DNA of 63,784 nt, filler included, from an uncultured Clostridia bacterium (GCA_964482715.1; 3 parts of 3 records of this genome joined end to end with filler, not necessarily neighbours in it); one strand, 5' to 3'; counted from the first letter of the whole stretch, positions 48,379-61,559 are shown. Numbers and translations are program-made. Notes: generated by a model not told the origin, from the sequence alone.

Positions 48379-49263
48379 TTATATTAGTCCAGAATCAGCC
48401 ATCACCTTTTCCAGCCTTTCTTCGTTTTCTTTTTCCATTTCCGAAAGTGGAGGTCTCCATTCTTTGGGGATCATGTTGAGTTTTGCCATGGCTGTTTTAA
48501 CTGGTATAGGATTTGTCTCAATAAACATAGCTTTAAACAAAGGGTAAAGCTTGTAATGGAGCTCTTTTGCCTTCTGGTAGTCTCCCTCCAGCCAGGCTCT
48601 TACCATTTGAGTTACCTCTCCTGGAAGCAAATTAGAGAGTACAGAAATCACCCCCACTCCTCCCAGAGACAGAATAGGAAGAGTCAGAGAATCATCACCG
48701 GAGAAAACTTCAAATTCAGGATCGACGCAGGAGATAATGCTTGATATCTGATCCATACTTCCCGAAGCCTCTTTTATTCCTATTATGTTTTTTACCTTAC
48801 TTAACTTACCCACGGTAGAAGGGTGAATATTAACCCCTGTTCTGGAGGGAACATTGTAGATAATTATGGGTAACCCAATTTCTGCAAGTTTCTTATAATG
48901 GATCTCCATTCCTTTTTGTGTGGGCTTGTTGTAATAAGGAGTTATAACCAGGGCAGCATCCGCTCCTGCCTCTTTAGCATAGAGGGTTAACTCCTCAGCC
49001 TCTCGAGTGGAATTAGAGCCGGTTCCAGCAATTACCGGGACTTTACCCTTTACCTCTTCCAAGGTTATTTGAATTATTCTTTTGTGTTCCTCGTAAGACA
49101 AAGTGGGTGATTCTCCGGTTGTTCCACAGGGAACTATTCCGTCTACTCCCTTTTCTAATTGAAATTGAATAAGCCCCCTGAAATTCTCCTCGTCGATCTC
49201 TCCCTTTCTGAAAGGGGTTACTATAGCTGTAAAACATCCTTTAAACATATCGCCATCCTCCAT
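48379..49263 (-). CDS. dapA: 4-hydroxy-tetrahydrodipicolinate synthase
   Basis: GTTGES, PYYNKP, YNVPSRT, IKEASG, ETNPIPVK. Confidence 0.96.
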   Translation of the reverse strand: MEDGDMFKGCFTAIVTPFRKGEIDEENFRGLIQFQLEKGVDGIVPCGTTGESPTLSYEEHKRIIQITLEEVKGKVPVIAGTGSNSTREAEELTLYAKEAGADAALVITPYYNKPTQKGMEIHYKKLAEIGLPIIIYNVPSRTGVNIHPSTVGKLSKVKNIIGIKEASGSMDQISSIISCVDPEFEVFSGDDSLTLPILSLGGVGVISVLSNLLPGEVTQMVRAWLEGDYQKAKELHYKLYPLFKAMFIETNPIPVKTAMAKLNMIPKEWRPPLSEMEKENEERLEKVMADSGLI

Positions 49264-51340
49264 TCAAATATCCTGTGTAAACCAGGTTTACCTCACCTTC
49301 CAGATAAACATCGCTAAACTTTTCTTCTTCAAAGTTAAACCAGATACTTACCTCACCCCCTCTCATTTTTACCCTAACTGGAGGAGGAATTTTGTGAGTC
49401 AGATGGGAAACCAGAGCTGAAGCTACAGCCCCTGTTCCACAGGCAAGTGTTTCATCTTCTACTCCTCTTTCATAGGTTCTTATTATAACCCTTTGATCCT
49501 TTATCTCAACAAAATCCACGTTTGTCCCGTGAGGTAAAAACATCTGATGAAACCTTATCTTGGGTCCCACTTCTTTAACTGGAGCCCCATCTATTGGTTC
49601 CCAGAAGATTACAAAATGTGGAACGCCCGTATTAACATGAAATCCTGAATAATTTTTTCCGTTTATCTCAAGAGTAATATTTTTTCTAAGTCCAGAGGGC
49701 TCTCTCATTTTTACCTTTACCTTGTTTTCTCTAATTTTGGCCTGGATTTTTCCGGCCAGAGTTTGAATGCTACATTCTTTTCCAGCAATCCTTTTTTTGT
49801 AAGCAAAAAAGGCAGCACATCTTGCTCCATTACCACACATCTCAGCTTCAGAACCATCCGGGTTAAAAATACGCATTATGAAATCAGCTTTGTTGGCCTT
49901 TTCAATCAAAATCAAACCATCAGCCCCGATATTTTTCTTCCTTTGACAAACTTTACGGGCCAGCTCCCCTCCATCCTGGATGATTTTTCCTCTGTTATCC
50001 ACAATTATGAAGTCGTTTCCACTTCCTTCCATTTTCCAGAATTCTAAAGGAAAATAAGCATCATCAAGTTTTTTTCCATACAGAGAAAAATCCACAGGTA
50101 TCCTCTGTTTTCTCATGAGATCCAGATAATCTTCTCTTTCTCTTATTAACCACCAGTGTTCTTCTTTTACCAATACCTCCGGAGGTCTTGTTCTTCCATT
50201 ATAGTTTGAGCTCATGGAAAATCCATAAGCACCCGCATCCAGAATAGCAAGAAGATCTTGCTGATTAAGTGAGGGGATTTTTCTGTTATGGGCAAAAAAA
50301 TCTCCTGATTCACAAACAGGTCCCACTATGTTAACTGAATCTTCTTGAGAGGGAATTTTTCTTTTGAGGGGAACTATTCGATGGTAAGCACCGTAAAGAG
50401 AAGGCCTTATTAAATCGTTCATTCCCGCATCGACTATGAAGAACTTATCTGTGTGCTCCTTTTTTCTGTAAAGAAGTTCTGTTATCAGGGCTCCAGCAGA
50501 ACCAACTATGTACCGTCCGGGTTCCAATATCAGCCTTATTTGAGATGGAACCATGGAGATAAGAGACTCAGAAAAAGATTCTAAGGGAAATTCCTTTTCT
50601 TCCTCCTGGTATTTTATTCCAAATCCGCCACCTATATCCAAAAACTGTATTTTTATCCCCCTGGACTGAAGTTTATCTATCAATTGAATTATTTTGCTTA
50701 AAGCTTTAAGATAAGGCTCCAGGCTTAAAATCTGGGAACCAATGTGCATGTGAATTCCTCTTATTTCAACATGTTCTGACTCGAATGCTCTTTGGTAGAG
50801 TCTTTCGGCTTGAATAAGTGAAATTCCGAATTTATTTTCTTTTTTTGCTGTGGTAACGTAACGATGAGTTTGTGAGTCAACATCAGGATTTATCCTGAAA
50901 GAAATGGGTGCTTTTAAATCCAGTTTTTTAGCTATTTTAGAAACGACAAAAAATTCTTCCTCAGATTCCACATTTAAAAACAATATTTGTTTTTTTAGAG
51001 CAAATTCAATTTCTTGGGGAGTTTTTCCCACCCCGCTATACACTATCTTTTCGGGTGAAAATCCTGCCTTAAGGGCCTGGTGAAGCTCTCCTCCTGATAC
51101 CACGTCGGCGCCCGCACCCTGAAGTGCCAGAATTTTACAGATAGTAAGGTTGGTGTTAGCTTTGAGAGAATAACATACAAGAGGATTTAGTGGAGAAAAA
51201 GCTTTTTTTATTTTTTTCAGATTTTCCAGAACAGTCTTATAACTGTAAACATAAAAGGGTGTTCCAATTTCTCGTGCTAAACGATTTAGAGAAACATTTT
51301 CGCAGAAAAGTTCATCTTTCTTGTAATAAAAATAACTCAT
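49241..51340 (-). CDS. lysA-dapF: Fused diaminopimelate decarboxylase (LysA) and diaminopimelate epimerase (DapF)
   Basis: First ~420 aa: YSLKAN, HIGSQ, DIGGG, EPGR, CESGD, SNYN; remainder: GSGNDF, EMCGN, TGVPH, TYERG, TLACGTG. Confidence 0.93.
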   Translation of the reverse strand: MSYFYYKKDELFCENVSLNRLAREIGTPFYVYSYKTVLENLKKIKKAFSPLNPLVCYSLKANTNLTICKILALQGAGADVVSGGELHQALKAGFSPEKIVYSGVGKTPQEIEFALKKQILFLNVESEEEFFVVSKIAKKLDLKAPISFRINPDVDSQTHRYVTTAKKENKFGISLIQAERLYQRAFESEHVEIRGIHMHIGSQILSLEPYLKALSKIIQLIDKLQSRGIKIQFLDIGGGFGIKYQEEEKEFPLESFSESLISMVPSQIRLILEPGRYIVGSAGALITELLYRKKEHTDKFFIVDAGMNDLIRPSLYGAYHRIVPLKRKIPSQEDSVNIVGPVCESGDFFAHNRKIPSLNQQDLLAILDAGAYGFSMSSNYNGRTRPPEVLVKEEHWWLIREREDYLDLMRKQRIPVDFSLYGKKLDDAYFPLEFWKMEGSGNDFIIVDNRGKIIQDGGELARKVCQRKKNIGADGLILIEKANKADFIMRIFNPDGSEAEMCGNGARCAAFFAYKKRIAGKECSIQTLAGKIQAKIRENKVKVKMREPSGLRKNITLEINGKNYSGFHVNTGVPHFVIFWEPIDGAPVKEVGPKIRFHQMFLPHGTNVDFVEIKDQRVIIRTYERGVEDETLACGTGAVASALVSHLTHKIPPPVRVKMRGGEVSIWFNFEEEKFSDVYLEGEVNLVYTGYLNGGWRYV

Positions 51341-52712
51341 TTTTTTTCTCCAGCTTCTCTCTTGCTTTTATTATTTGTAGCTTCAAACTTTTCTCGCCAG
51401 TTCCACCAGGAGAATTTTTATTTTTTACGCATGAGTCAACTTTTACCACATCTTTTACATCTTCTTCAAATAGAGAAGAAAAATTTTTATATTCATTGAG
51501 TTTTAGCTGATTAAAGGTTTTATTTTTTTCCACACAATATCTGACCATTTTGCCTACTATCTGATGGGCTTTTCGGAAGGGAATCCCTTTACGCACAAGA
51601 TATTCTGTAAGATCCGTAGCGGCAAAAAAGTCTTCACCTGCCACTTGCTGCATTTTTGAAGAGTTAAATTTTAGACTTCTAAACATGGCATCATAAACCT
51701 CTAAACAGAGCTTAACCTCATCTACCGTCTGAAAAAGAGGTATTTTATCCTCTTGCATATCCCGGTTATAGGACAGAGGAAGAGCTTTCATTATCGTAAG
51801 TAAGGAAATTAAAGCACCATAGACCTTCCCGGTTTTTCCCCTGACAAGCTCAGCAACATCAGGATTTTTTTTCTGAGGCATAAGACTTGATCCAGTAGCA
51901 AAACTGTCTGCGATTTCTATGAACCCAAAAGCAGGTGAAGCCCAGAGAACGATGTCTTCGGAAAGACGTGAAAGATGCATCATTAATATGCTGGCAAAAC
52001 TCAAAAATTCAATTATATAATCCCTATCGCTAACCGTATCGATACTGTTTTCGGTTACTGAAGGGAAGCCAAGAATCGTAGCCACATACACTCGATCAAC
52101 AGGAAGCGAAGTTCCGGCTAAAGCCGCGACTCCCAGAGGACATACATTTGTTCTTCTGTAACAGTCACGAAGCCTTTCCTTGTCTCTTTCAAACATCCAA
52201 AAATAGGCTAACAGGTGGTGAGCAAAAGAGATAGGTTGGGCATATTGAAGATGGGTATAGCCGGGAATTATAACCTCCTTATTTTCCTCAGCAATTTTCA
52301 ATATAGTGGCCTGGAATTTGCATATTAAGTCGTATATATTTTTTATCTCTTCCCGTAGGTAGAGTCTTTCATCAAGTGCAATCTGGTCGTTTCGTGAACG
52401 GGCAGTATGTAGTTTTTCTCCTGCTTGACCTTCTCTTTTTATGAGTTCTTCTTCTATAGCCATGTGAATGTCCTCTTGGTGACAGAAATCCAGTTTACCC
52501 TCTTCAATGTCCTTCAGGATTTTTTTTAAAGACCGGGTTATCCTTTTTTCTTCCTCCGGAGATATAATTTGACATTTGGCCAGCATTTTCACATGAGCAA
52601 TACTTCCCTGAATATCGTATTTATACAGCTTTTTGTCTATCTCAATAGAATAAGTGAGCTTTTTCATCAGAGGGTGCGGAGTTTCTTTAAATCTTCCTCC
52701 CCATAAACTCAT
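51312..52712 (-). CDS. argH: Argininosuccinate lyase
   Basis: LWGGRF, RSRNDQ, PGYTHLQ, GSSLMPQKKNPD. Confidence 0.97.
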   Translation of the reverse strand: MSLWGGRFKETPHPLMKKLTYSIEIDKKLYKYDIQGSIAHVKMLAKCQIISPEEEKRITRSLKKILKDIEEGKLDFCHQEDIHMAIEEELIKREGQAGEKLHTARSRNDQIALDERLYLREEIKNIYDLICKFQATILKIAEENKEVIIPGYTHLQYAQPISFAHHLLAYFWMFERDKERLRDCYRRTNVCPLGVAALAGTSLPVDRVYVATILGFPSVTENSIDTVSDRDYIIEFLSFASILMMHLSRLSEDIVLWASPAFGFIEIADSFATGSSLMPQKKNPDVAELVRGKTGKVYGALISLLTIMKALPLSYNRDMQEDKIPLFQTVDEVKLCLEVYDAMFRSLKFNSSKMQQVAGEDFFAATDLTEYLVRKGIPFRKAHQIVGKMVRYCVEKNKTFNQLKLNEYKNFSSLFEEDVKDVVKVDSCVKNKNSPGGTGEKSLKLQIIKAREKLEKKNELFLLQER

Positions 52713-52735
52713 CTTAACTTCCTGATTTTAGTTTT

Positions 52736-52957
52736 TTAAGCTCTGCAACTTTTACAGGTTGATGCAGTGCAGGTAGAGCAGCCTCCTGTTCCCGATACAG
52801 ACTTACCGCCACTTCTGCCCACAAAAGAACGAGGAAGGAGTCTTTCTACATGGGAGCTGCCACATTTTTTGCAGGTTGTCTCGTTTTCTTTGCCTATAGT
52901 GGTTAAAGAGGTAAATTCTTCCTGACATTCCTTACATTTATATCTATAAAGTGGCAT
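52736..52957 (-). CDS. FmdB family zinc ribbon protein
   Basis: MPLYRYKC..C...C..CGS plus a C-terminal Cys cluster. Confidence 0.9.
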   Translation of the reverse strand: MPLYRYKCKECQEEFTSLTTIGKENETTCKKCGSSHVERLLPRSFVGRSGGKSVSGTGGCSTCTASTCKSCRA

Positions 52958-52999
52958 TTTTTCCCTCCATTTATATTATAGCTTTGGTTAAATAAAAAA

Positions 53000-53419
53000 T
53001 CAATGTGACATCCTCTTTTTTATCATCCATTCGAAAAACTGGGTCATAAGTAAAAATAGATCTATCCAGAACCAGCTAACAAACCAGCTTGCAGCGAGAT
53101 TATAGGGATAAAGAGGTTCACCAGCAGGGGGTGGGGTTTCACTACCCAGGCTCATCTGTGCCAGTCCCATATTTATAAGCAAGAATACAAAACATATACA
53201 GCTTATCATACTTAGTCTAAGCCAACGTTTTTTTAAAATAAGACCAACTTTAACCAGAGAAGAAGCTATAAGCCAGGTCAGAGAGAGCACGTAAATGGTT
53301 AATTCCAGGGTGGGGTAAAGAGAAACATCCGTAGATGCAGCAAGTTTTGTCGTGCTTAATATATAAAACACTACACCTCCCCATCCTAAACTTGCAATAC
53401 CTATTATCCTCCAGAACAT
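53000..53419 (-). CDS. Hypothetical membrane protein (about 4 TM)
   Basis: Hydrophobic 139-aa ORF with RBS. Confidence 0.7.
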   Translation of the reverse strand: MFWRIIGIASLGWGGVVFYILSTTKLAASTDVSLYPTLELTIYVLSLTWLIASSLVKVGLILKKRWLRLSMISCICFVFLLINMGLAQMSLGSETPPPAGEPLYPYNLAASWFVSWFWIDLFLLMTQFFEWMIKKRMSH

Positions 53420-53541
53420 TTACTCGCCTTTTTTAAGTATATAAGATTTTGACTCAAATATCAATAGTTTTGAGTGGTTGAAAATGACGAAGTTGTGATA
53501 ATATGCATATTAATCTTAACCACAGGTTTTGGCATAGACCC

Positions 53542-53641
53542 NNNNNNNNNNNNNNNNNNNNNNNNNNNNNNNNNNNNNNNNNNNNTTAATTAATTAANNN
53601 NNNNNNNNNNNNNNNNNNNNNNNNNNNNNNNNNNNNNNNNN
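53542..53641. other. Artificial contig linker
   Basis: Same N/TTAATTAATTAA/N structure as 27487-27586. Confidence 0.95.
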
Positions 53642-53696
53642 ATCGTGTGGGGGGCCAAAAGCTCCCTCGAGGGTTCGAATCCCTCCCTCTCCGCCA
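53642..53696 (+). tRNA. 3' part of a long-variable-arm tRNA (probably Ser); anticodon lost in the gap
   Basis: GGGGGC-CAAAA-GCTCCC variable arm, GAGGGTTCGAATCCCTC T-arm, CTCTCCGCCA end with G discriminator. Confidence 0.8.
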
Positions 53697-53961
53697 TCTA
53701 TTTTGACTTCTTCTAACAGCTAAACCATGCTCAGGTCACTTTCATGAGGCTTACCTCAGATATAATTTGAATGCACCCCTACCAAACATCCAGGTTTTAT
53801 TTTAGTGGTGGTTACTTTTGCATTCATAAAAAGAAAAGAACAAGCTGTACGCAAGTTTGAAACAGGATAAGACCTGGACAAGGAGAACTGTCTGGACGGA
53901 CCCTGGCACCTAAAACAGATGCCGTAAATGAAAGTTTACTAATCTCAAATTAATGCGTCTA

Positions 53962-53989
53962 TTGACCGGAAGCGAAAAAAAATTACAAT
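53962..53989 (+). promoter_or_regulatory. Putative glnA promoter
   Basis: TTGACC-16-TACAAT. Confidence 0.5.
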
Positions 53990-54033
53990 AGGTGCGAAGA
54001 CCTATCTGAACTGGTCATAAAAGGAGGTTCAAA

Positions 54034-55455
54034 TTGAAATCAGAGATAATGAGTTTGAGAGAGCGAGTTGAAAATTTTAGAAAAGAAATGGAGGACTATA
54101 TTGGAGCTTATGGTTCTTTTGATGGGCTTACCTTAAGAGATGCTCAAGAGGTTAAGGAATACGTTAGAGAAAAGAGAATAGACTCCGTAAGACTCTGGTT
54201 TACCGATCTTCTGGGTTTTTTAAAGAGTTTCAGTATAACTCCTGGTGAACTTGATGATGCTTTTGCTCATGGGATGGGATTTGATGGTTCGTCTATATTA
54301 GGTTATAAGAGGATTCAGGAAAGCGATATGGTAGCTTTTCCTATCGCTGAAAGTGCACAACTTATCCCTTTTAAAATAGGTGGTAGCAAGGTCTTAAGGA
54401 TGTTTGCCTCTATTTATCTTCCAAGTGGTGAGCCTTATACAAGTGATAGCAGACAGATCTTGATTAAAAATCTAAATAAACTCCACGATTACAATCTCTC
54501 GCACATGAACATTGGTCCCGAGGCTGAGTATTTTTATTTTAAAGATAAAAGAAAAATCGAGACTCTTGATGAAGCGGGTTATTTTGATCTAAATCCAGTG
54601 GATTTAGGAGATGGTTTGAGAGAAGTAACCACTTTTGCTCTTCAAAGCATGAAAATCCCTGTTGAATATGCTCACCACGAGGTCGCCCCTTCTCAACATG
54701 AGATTGACCTCAAGTATAAAGATGCCTTAACCATGGCCGATAATCTCCAGACTTATAAGTGGCTTGTAAAAGAGATAGCTGAAAGGGTAGGGGTTTATGC
54801 TACTTTTATGCCCAAACCTCTCAAGGGTGAAAATGGCTCAGGAATGCATATTCATCTAAGTCTTTTTCAAAATGATAAAAATGCCTTTTTTTCTCCGAGT
54901 GACCCTTACAATCTTTCTGCCATAGGAAAGAAATTTCTTGCCGGTATCCTTCACCACAGTAAAGAGATATGTCTTATAACCAATCAATGGTATAATTCCT
55001 ACAAGAGATTGGTTCCTGGATTTGAGGCACCGGTTTATATTGCCTGGGCAGAGAGAAACCGTTCGGTTCTTGTTCGTATTCCGGTATACAGAAAGGGTAA
55101 AGAAACAGCAACAAGACTGGAAATAAGATTTCCTGATGCCGCGTGCAACCCTTACCTTGCCTTTTCCGTTTTACTTGCTGCAGGACTCAAGGGAATTGAC
55201 AGTGATTATCCTTTACCCGAACCGGTTAACGAAGATTTATACAGCATGTCTGAACTGGAGAGAGAAAGGAAGAATATCCAGTCACTTCCCCATGATCTCT
55301 ATTCGGCAATAAAAGAGGCTGAGAAGAGCGCTCTCCTGCGAGAGACACTGGGGAATGAGGTCATGGAGAAAATACTGGAAACCAAGCTAAAAGAATGGCT
55401 ATTTTATCGTATGGATATAACTCCAAAGGAAATAGAAGAAAATATTATACTCTAA
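54034..55455 (+). CDS. glnA: Glutamine synthetase type I
   Basis: FDGSS, HHEVA..QHEI, FMPKP..GENGSGMH, YKRLVPGFEAP, RLEIR.PD. Confidence 0.95.
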   Translation: MKSEIMSLRERVENFRKEMEDYIGAYGSFDGLTLRDAQEVKEYVREKRIDSVRLWFTDLLGFLKSFSITPGELDDAFAHGMGFDGSSILGYKRIQESDMVAFPIAESAQLIPFKIGGSKVLRMFASIYLPSGEPYTSDSRQILIKNLNKLHDYNLSHMNIGPEAEYFYFKDKRKIETLDEAGYFDLNPVDLGDGLREVTTFALQSMKIPVEYAHHEVAPSQHEIDLKYKDALTMADNLQTYKWLVKEIAERVGVYATFMPKPLKGENGSGMHIHLSLFQNDKNAFFSPSDPYNLSAIGKKFLAGILHHSKEICLITNQWYNSYKRLVPGFEAPVYIAWAERNRSVLVRIPVYRKGKETATRLEIRFPDAACNPYLAFSVLLAAGLKGIDSDYPLPEPVNEDLYSMSELERERKNIQSLPHDLYSAIKEAEKSALLRETLGNEVMEKILETKLKEWLFYRMDITPKEIEENIIL

Positions 55456-55499
55456 CCTCCACATCTTCTTAATCTTTCTTTTAGCTTCCCGGAAAAAGT

Positions 55500-55526
55500 G
55501 AACTTTTTTTGTAAATTTCAGTCTAA
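55500..55526 (+). promoter_or_regulatory. sigma-E (ECF02)-type promoter
   Basis: GAACTT-16-TCTAA upstream of the ECF sigma gene. Confidence 0.75.
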
Positions 55527-55603
55527 ACAATTAAGATTAATCTGGAAGGAAGGGTTCTTCAGGGGGTACTGAAAGTGGGGTTTTCCCTCATCCCTGCTTT
55601 TAA

Positions 55604-55634
55604 AAGAGAGAGGAGCACTTTGCTCCTCTCTCTT
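55604..55634. other. Perfect 14-bp hairpin in the ECF leader
   Basis: AAGAGAGAGGAGCA-CTT-TGCTCCTCTCTCTT. Confidence 0.75.
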
Positions 55635-55724
55635 GAAGTTAACAGAAGGACTTCTGGAGTCAACGGAAATGTGAGGGTACAGATGTTTTAGCTTTTGAAG
55701 CTTGTTTATCATAAACGGAGAAAA

Positions 55725-56324
55725 ATGCATATCTCTGATGAGGTTCTGGTGAAAAGAATCAAAAGAGGCGATGAAGCCAGTTTTCGGCAGCTGGTTGAAA
55801 GATATAGATCTCGAGTTTACAGCATAGCTTATGCCATGACCAAAAATCAAAGTGATGCCGATGATCTTTCGCAGGAGATCTTTCTCAAAGTTTACCGCTT
55901 TCTTCCTCAATTCAAGGGAAAGTCTAAATTCTATACCTGGCTTTATCGATTGGCAATAAATACTTGTATAAGTGCAATCAATAACAGAAAAAAAAAGCAC
56001 GAAGAAGTTTCTCTTTTTCTTTCCAGCGAGAATAAGGATGTGTTGTTAAACACACTGCCTGAGGAAAGTGTGGTTTCTCCTATGCAGCTTCTGGAAAACA
56101 AAGAACTGGGTCAAAAAATAAGACTGGCAATTGATTCTTTATCCGATGGTCTTAAAGAAATTTTTATACTCCGGGAAATTGAAGACTTATCTTATAAAGA
56201 TCTGGCTGAGATATTCAAATGTCCTGAAGGGACGATAAAATCGAGACTTTTCAGGGCAAGAGAAGAGTTGAGAAAGAAACTTTTGCCTTATCTTAACTAT
56301 AATTTTAAAGGAGTGGAAACGTGA
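55725..56324 (+). CDS. rpoE: ECF RNA polymerase sigma factor (RpoE-like)
   Basis: DLSQEIFLK, FYTWLYR.AIN, GTIKSRLFRAR. Confidence 0.92.
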   Translation: MHISDEVLVKRIKRGDEASFRQLVERYRSRVYSIAYAMTKNQSDADDLSQEIFLKVYRFLPQFKGKSKFYTWLYRLAINTCISAINNRKKKHEEVSLFLSSENKDVLLNTLPEESVVSPMQLLENKELGQKIRLAIDSLSDGLKEIFILREIEDLSYKDLAEIFKCPEGTIKSRLFRAREELRKKLLPYLNYNFKGVET

Positions 56325-56782
56325 GGTGTGAATGGGTAAGTGAAAATCTCTCTGCTTATCTGGATGGAGAGGTAAATTTTTTCATTCGACTAATAATAAA
56401 AAGACATTTAAAGAAATGTCACCAATGTGCCAGAAGATTCAATCAGTTACAGAGGCTTGATAGATTAAGTAAACTTATTCTTATAAAAAGGGGGACACCC
56501 GATTTTTATGAAAGATTGCAGGAAAGACTTGTCCTCAAACCGGTAAAAAAGAAAAATCCCCGACACTGGGATGTGTGGTTAACCTTGCCTTATCCAGGGA
56601 AAATAGCTATAGCCCTTGGGCTCATCCTGCTTATCTTCTTTTCATTCATATACCCCCGTTTAACACCTACTTTGAGTATTAATCAATTTGAAGAAGATTA
56701 CCTCCGTTCCCGGGAATTTGTCCTATGGGTTGAGGAACCATCTTTACCTTTAACACTAATTGACACCAGTGGAGGGAGCTAA
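56321..56782 (+). CDS. Zinc-binding (ZAS/zf-HC2) anti-sigma factor
   Basis: LSAYLDGE, HLKKCHQC, one TM helix. Confidence 0.88.
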   Translation: MRCEWVSENLSAYLDGEVNFFIRLIIKRHLKKCHQCARRFNQLQRLDRLSKLILIKRGTPDFYERLQERLVLKPVKKKNPRHWDVWLTLPYPGKIAIALGLILLIFFSFIYPRLTPTLSINQFEEDYLRSREFVLWVEEPSLPLTLIDTSGGS

Positions 56783-56785
56783 TTT

Positions 56786-59846
<3,061 letters not shown>

Positions 59847-59869
59847 TTATACTACAGAATGGTTAAAAT

Positions 59870-60667
59870 TTAAGTCATCTTAACCAGCCGTCCAGTTAAT
59901 TTAGCTCTTTTGAAAGCCCGGAAATAGAGAGGGAAGGAAAAGCAAAGATAGATAAAGGCTACTCCTGCTGATTCTACAAGGGTTTTTGAGCTAACCATAC
60001 CTTTACCTGTAAGTTCCCTGATACCGACAAACAATTTGGTGAAAGGCATAAAAAAGGCAACAACCTGCAAAACCGGTGGTAGTATTTCAACGGGGAAAAG
60101 AGGTGCAGAAAGGAGGATAAAAAGTTGCAAAATGGTCCAGGCTAAAAAAGCATAATCTCTTCCCAGAAAGATGATAAAGGCGGCAATAATTACTGATAGA
60201 GCGACAGATCCCAGCAGGGTTATACCTGTTAAAAACAATATCGGGGGGAGTTTATCCTTAACCGGAAAACCAAAATAACCGGCAACAAAAAGCATTATCA
60301 CCATAACTATCATAGATATCAGGGCAGAGGAAATGATTCTGGAGAATATATACTCAAATTCAGATATCCCTGAAGCTAAAACCTGTTTTAAACTACCACT
60401 CCAGATGTCCTCATTCATCTGCAGGTTTACAGTACTCTGACATATATAGGAAAAGCTCCAGAAGACATTTACCACCAGAACCATAAGACCTGTTTCTGCG
60501 GTAAATTTTCTGGTATAAAGAGCAAAAAGTCCCCATATAATTACCGTAGTTACCGGAAAATAAAAAAATTCCACCAGTCTCCATTTGGACCTTATAAATA
60601 TGAGGAAATCCCTGAATATTAAAGCTTTAACTTTGTACCACTTCATCGGTATCCAGGGTACTGACAA
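59870..60667 (-). CDS. ABC-2 type permease
   Basis: About 6 TM helices, FPVEILP; coupled to the ATPase. Confidence 0.88.
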   Translation of the reverse strand: MSVPWIPMKWYKVKALIFRDFLIFIRSKWRLVEFFYFPVTTVIIWGLFALYTRKFTAETGLMVLVVNVFWSFSYICQSTVNLQMNEDIWSGSLKQVLASGISEFEYIFSRIISSALISMIVMVIMLFVAGYFGFPVKDKLPPILFLTGITLLGSVALSVIIAAFIIFLGRDYAFLAWTILQLFILLSAPLFPVEILPPVLQVVAFFMPFTKLFVGIRELTGKGMVSSKTLVESAGVAFIYLCFSFPLYFRAFKRAKLTGRLVKMT

Positions 60668-61559
60668 AATAATCTTCCAGTGTAGGTTTTTTTATCTGGA
60701 TATCCACAATTTTATATCCATTTTCGGTAAAAAAAGACAGGATTTTATTCAGATCATCATGGTAGGAAAGATTTATGTGGACCCTATCTTTGCACAGTTT
60801 AAACCCCATTTCCTCCATTAATTTTTGATCTTTAATTTCTCTGACTTTTATAATTAAGTCATAACTGGAAAACCTTTTTCTCTTAACCTTCTCCACACTC
60901 CCCGTATCGATTATTCTGCCTTTATTAATGAAGGCAATTCGGTGACAGAGGCTTTCAACTTCCTGCATGTAGTGACTGGTTAAGAGTATGGTCGTTCTAA
61001 GTTCTTCATTTACTCTTTTTATCTCCTTTCTTACTTTATTTGCTATTTGAGGGTCAAGTCCTAAGGTTGGCTCGTCAAATAGTAAAATTTCAGGTTCATT
61101 TAAGAGGGCTTTTGCAAATACCAGTCTCATTCTTTCTCCTGTAGAAAGAGAGTCAAATTTCCTATGAGCTATTTGAGTTATACCAAAAAAATCAAGCAGC
61201 ATCTTAATCCGCTTTTTTAGCTTTTTTCTTGAGATTCCATAAGACATACCGTAAAAATTGAGAACATCTCTCACGGTTAAGACCCAGTGAAATCTGGTTT
61301 CACCTGATACGTAGTTTATTTTTTCCATGATTTCTCTTTTTTTGTGAACATCCTGACCCATGATTATAACTTTACCTTCATCAGGATACAATATACCCAG
61401 GATAATACTTAACAAAGTGGTTTTTCCAGCTCCATTGGGTCCCAAAAATCCGAATATCTCTCCCTTTTTAATATTTAAATTTATCCTGTTTAAAACAAAA
61501 AAGGATTTCCCTCTTTCTTTGAACTTTTTGGACACATTAACTATTTGTATGGCATCCAT
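60627..61559 (-). CDS. ABC transporter ATP-binding protein
   Basis: GPNGAGKTT, LSTGE, DEPTLGLDP, LTSHYM. Confidence 0.92.
   Translation of the reverse strand: MDAIQIVNVSKKFKERGKSFFVLNRINLNIKKGEIFGFLGPNGAGKTTLLSIILGILYPDEGKVIIMGQDVHKKREIMEKINYVSGETRFHWVLTVRDVLNFYGMSYGISRKKLKKRIKMLLDFFGITQIAHRKFDSLSTGERMRLVFAKALLNEPEILLFDEPTLGLDPQIANKVRKEIKRVNEELRTTILLTSHYMQEVESLCHRIAFINKGRIIDTGSVEKVKRKRFSSYDLIIKVREIKDQKLMEEMGFKLCKDRVHINLSYHDDLNKILSFFTENGYKIVDIQIKKPTLEDYFVSTLDTDEVVQS

Noticed and set aside
53478..53541. Promoter-like sequence and transcript start at the contig end
   Set aside because: Cut by the gap; too short to identify
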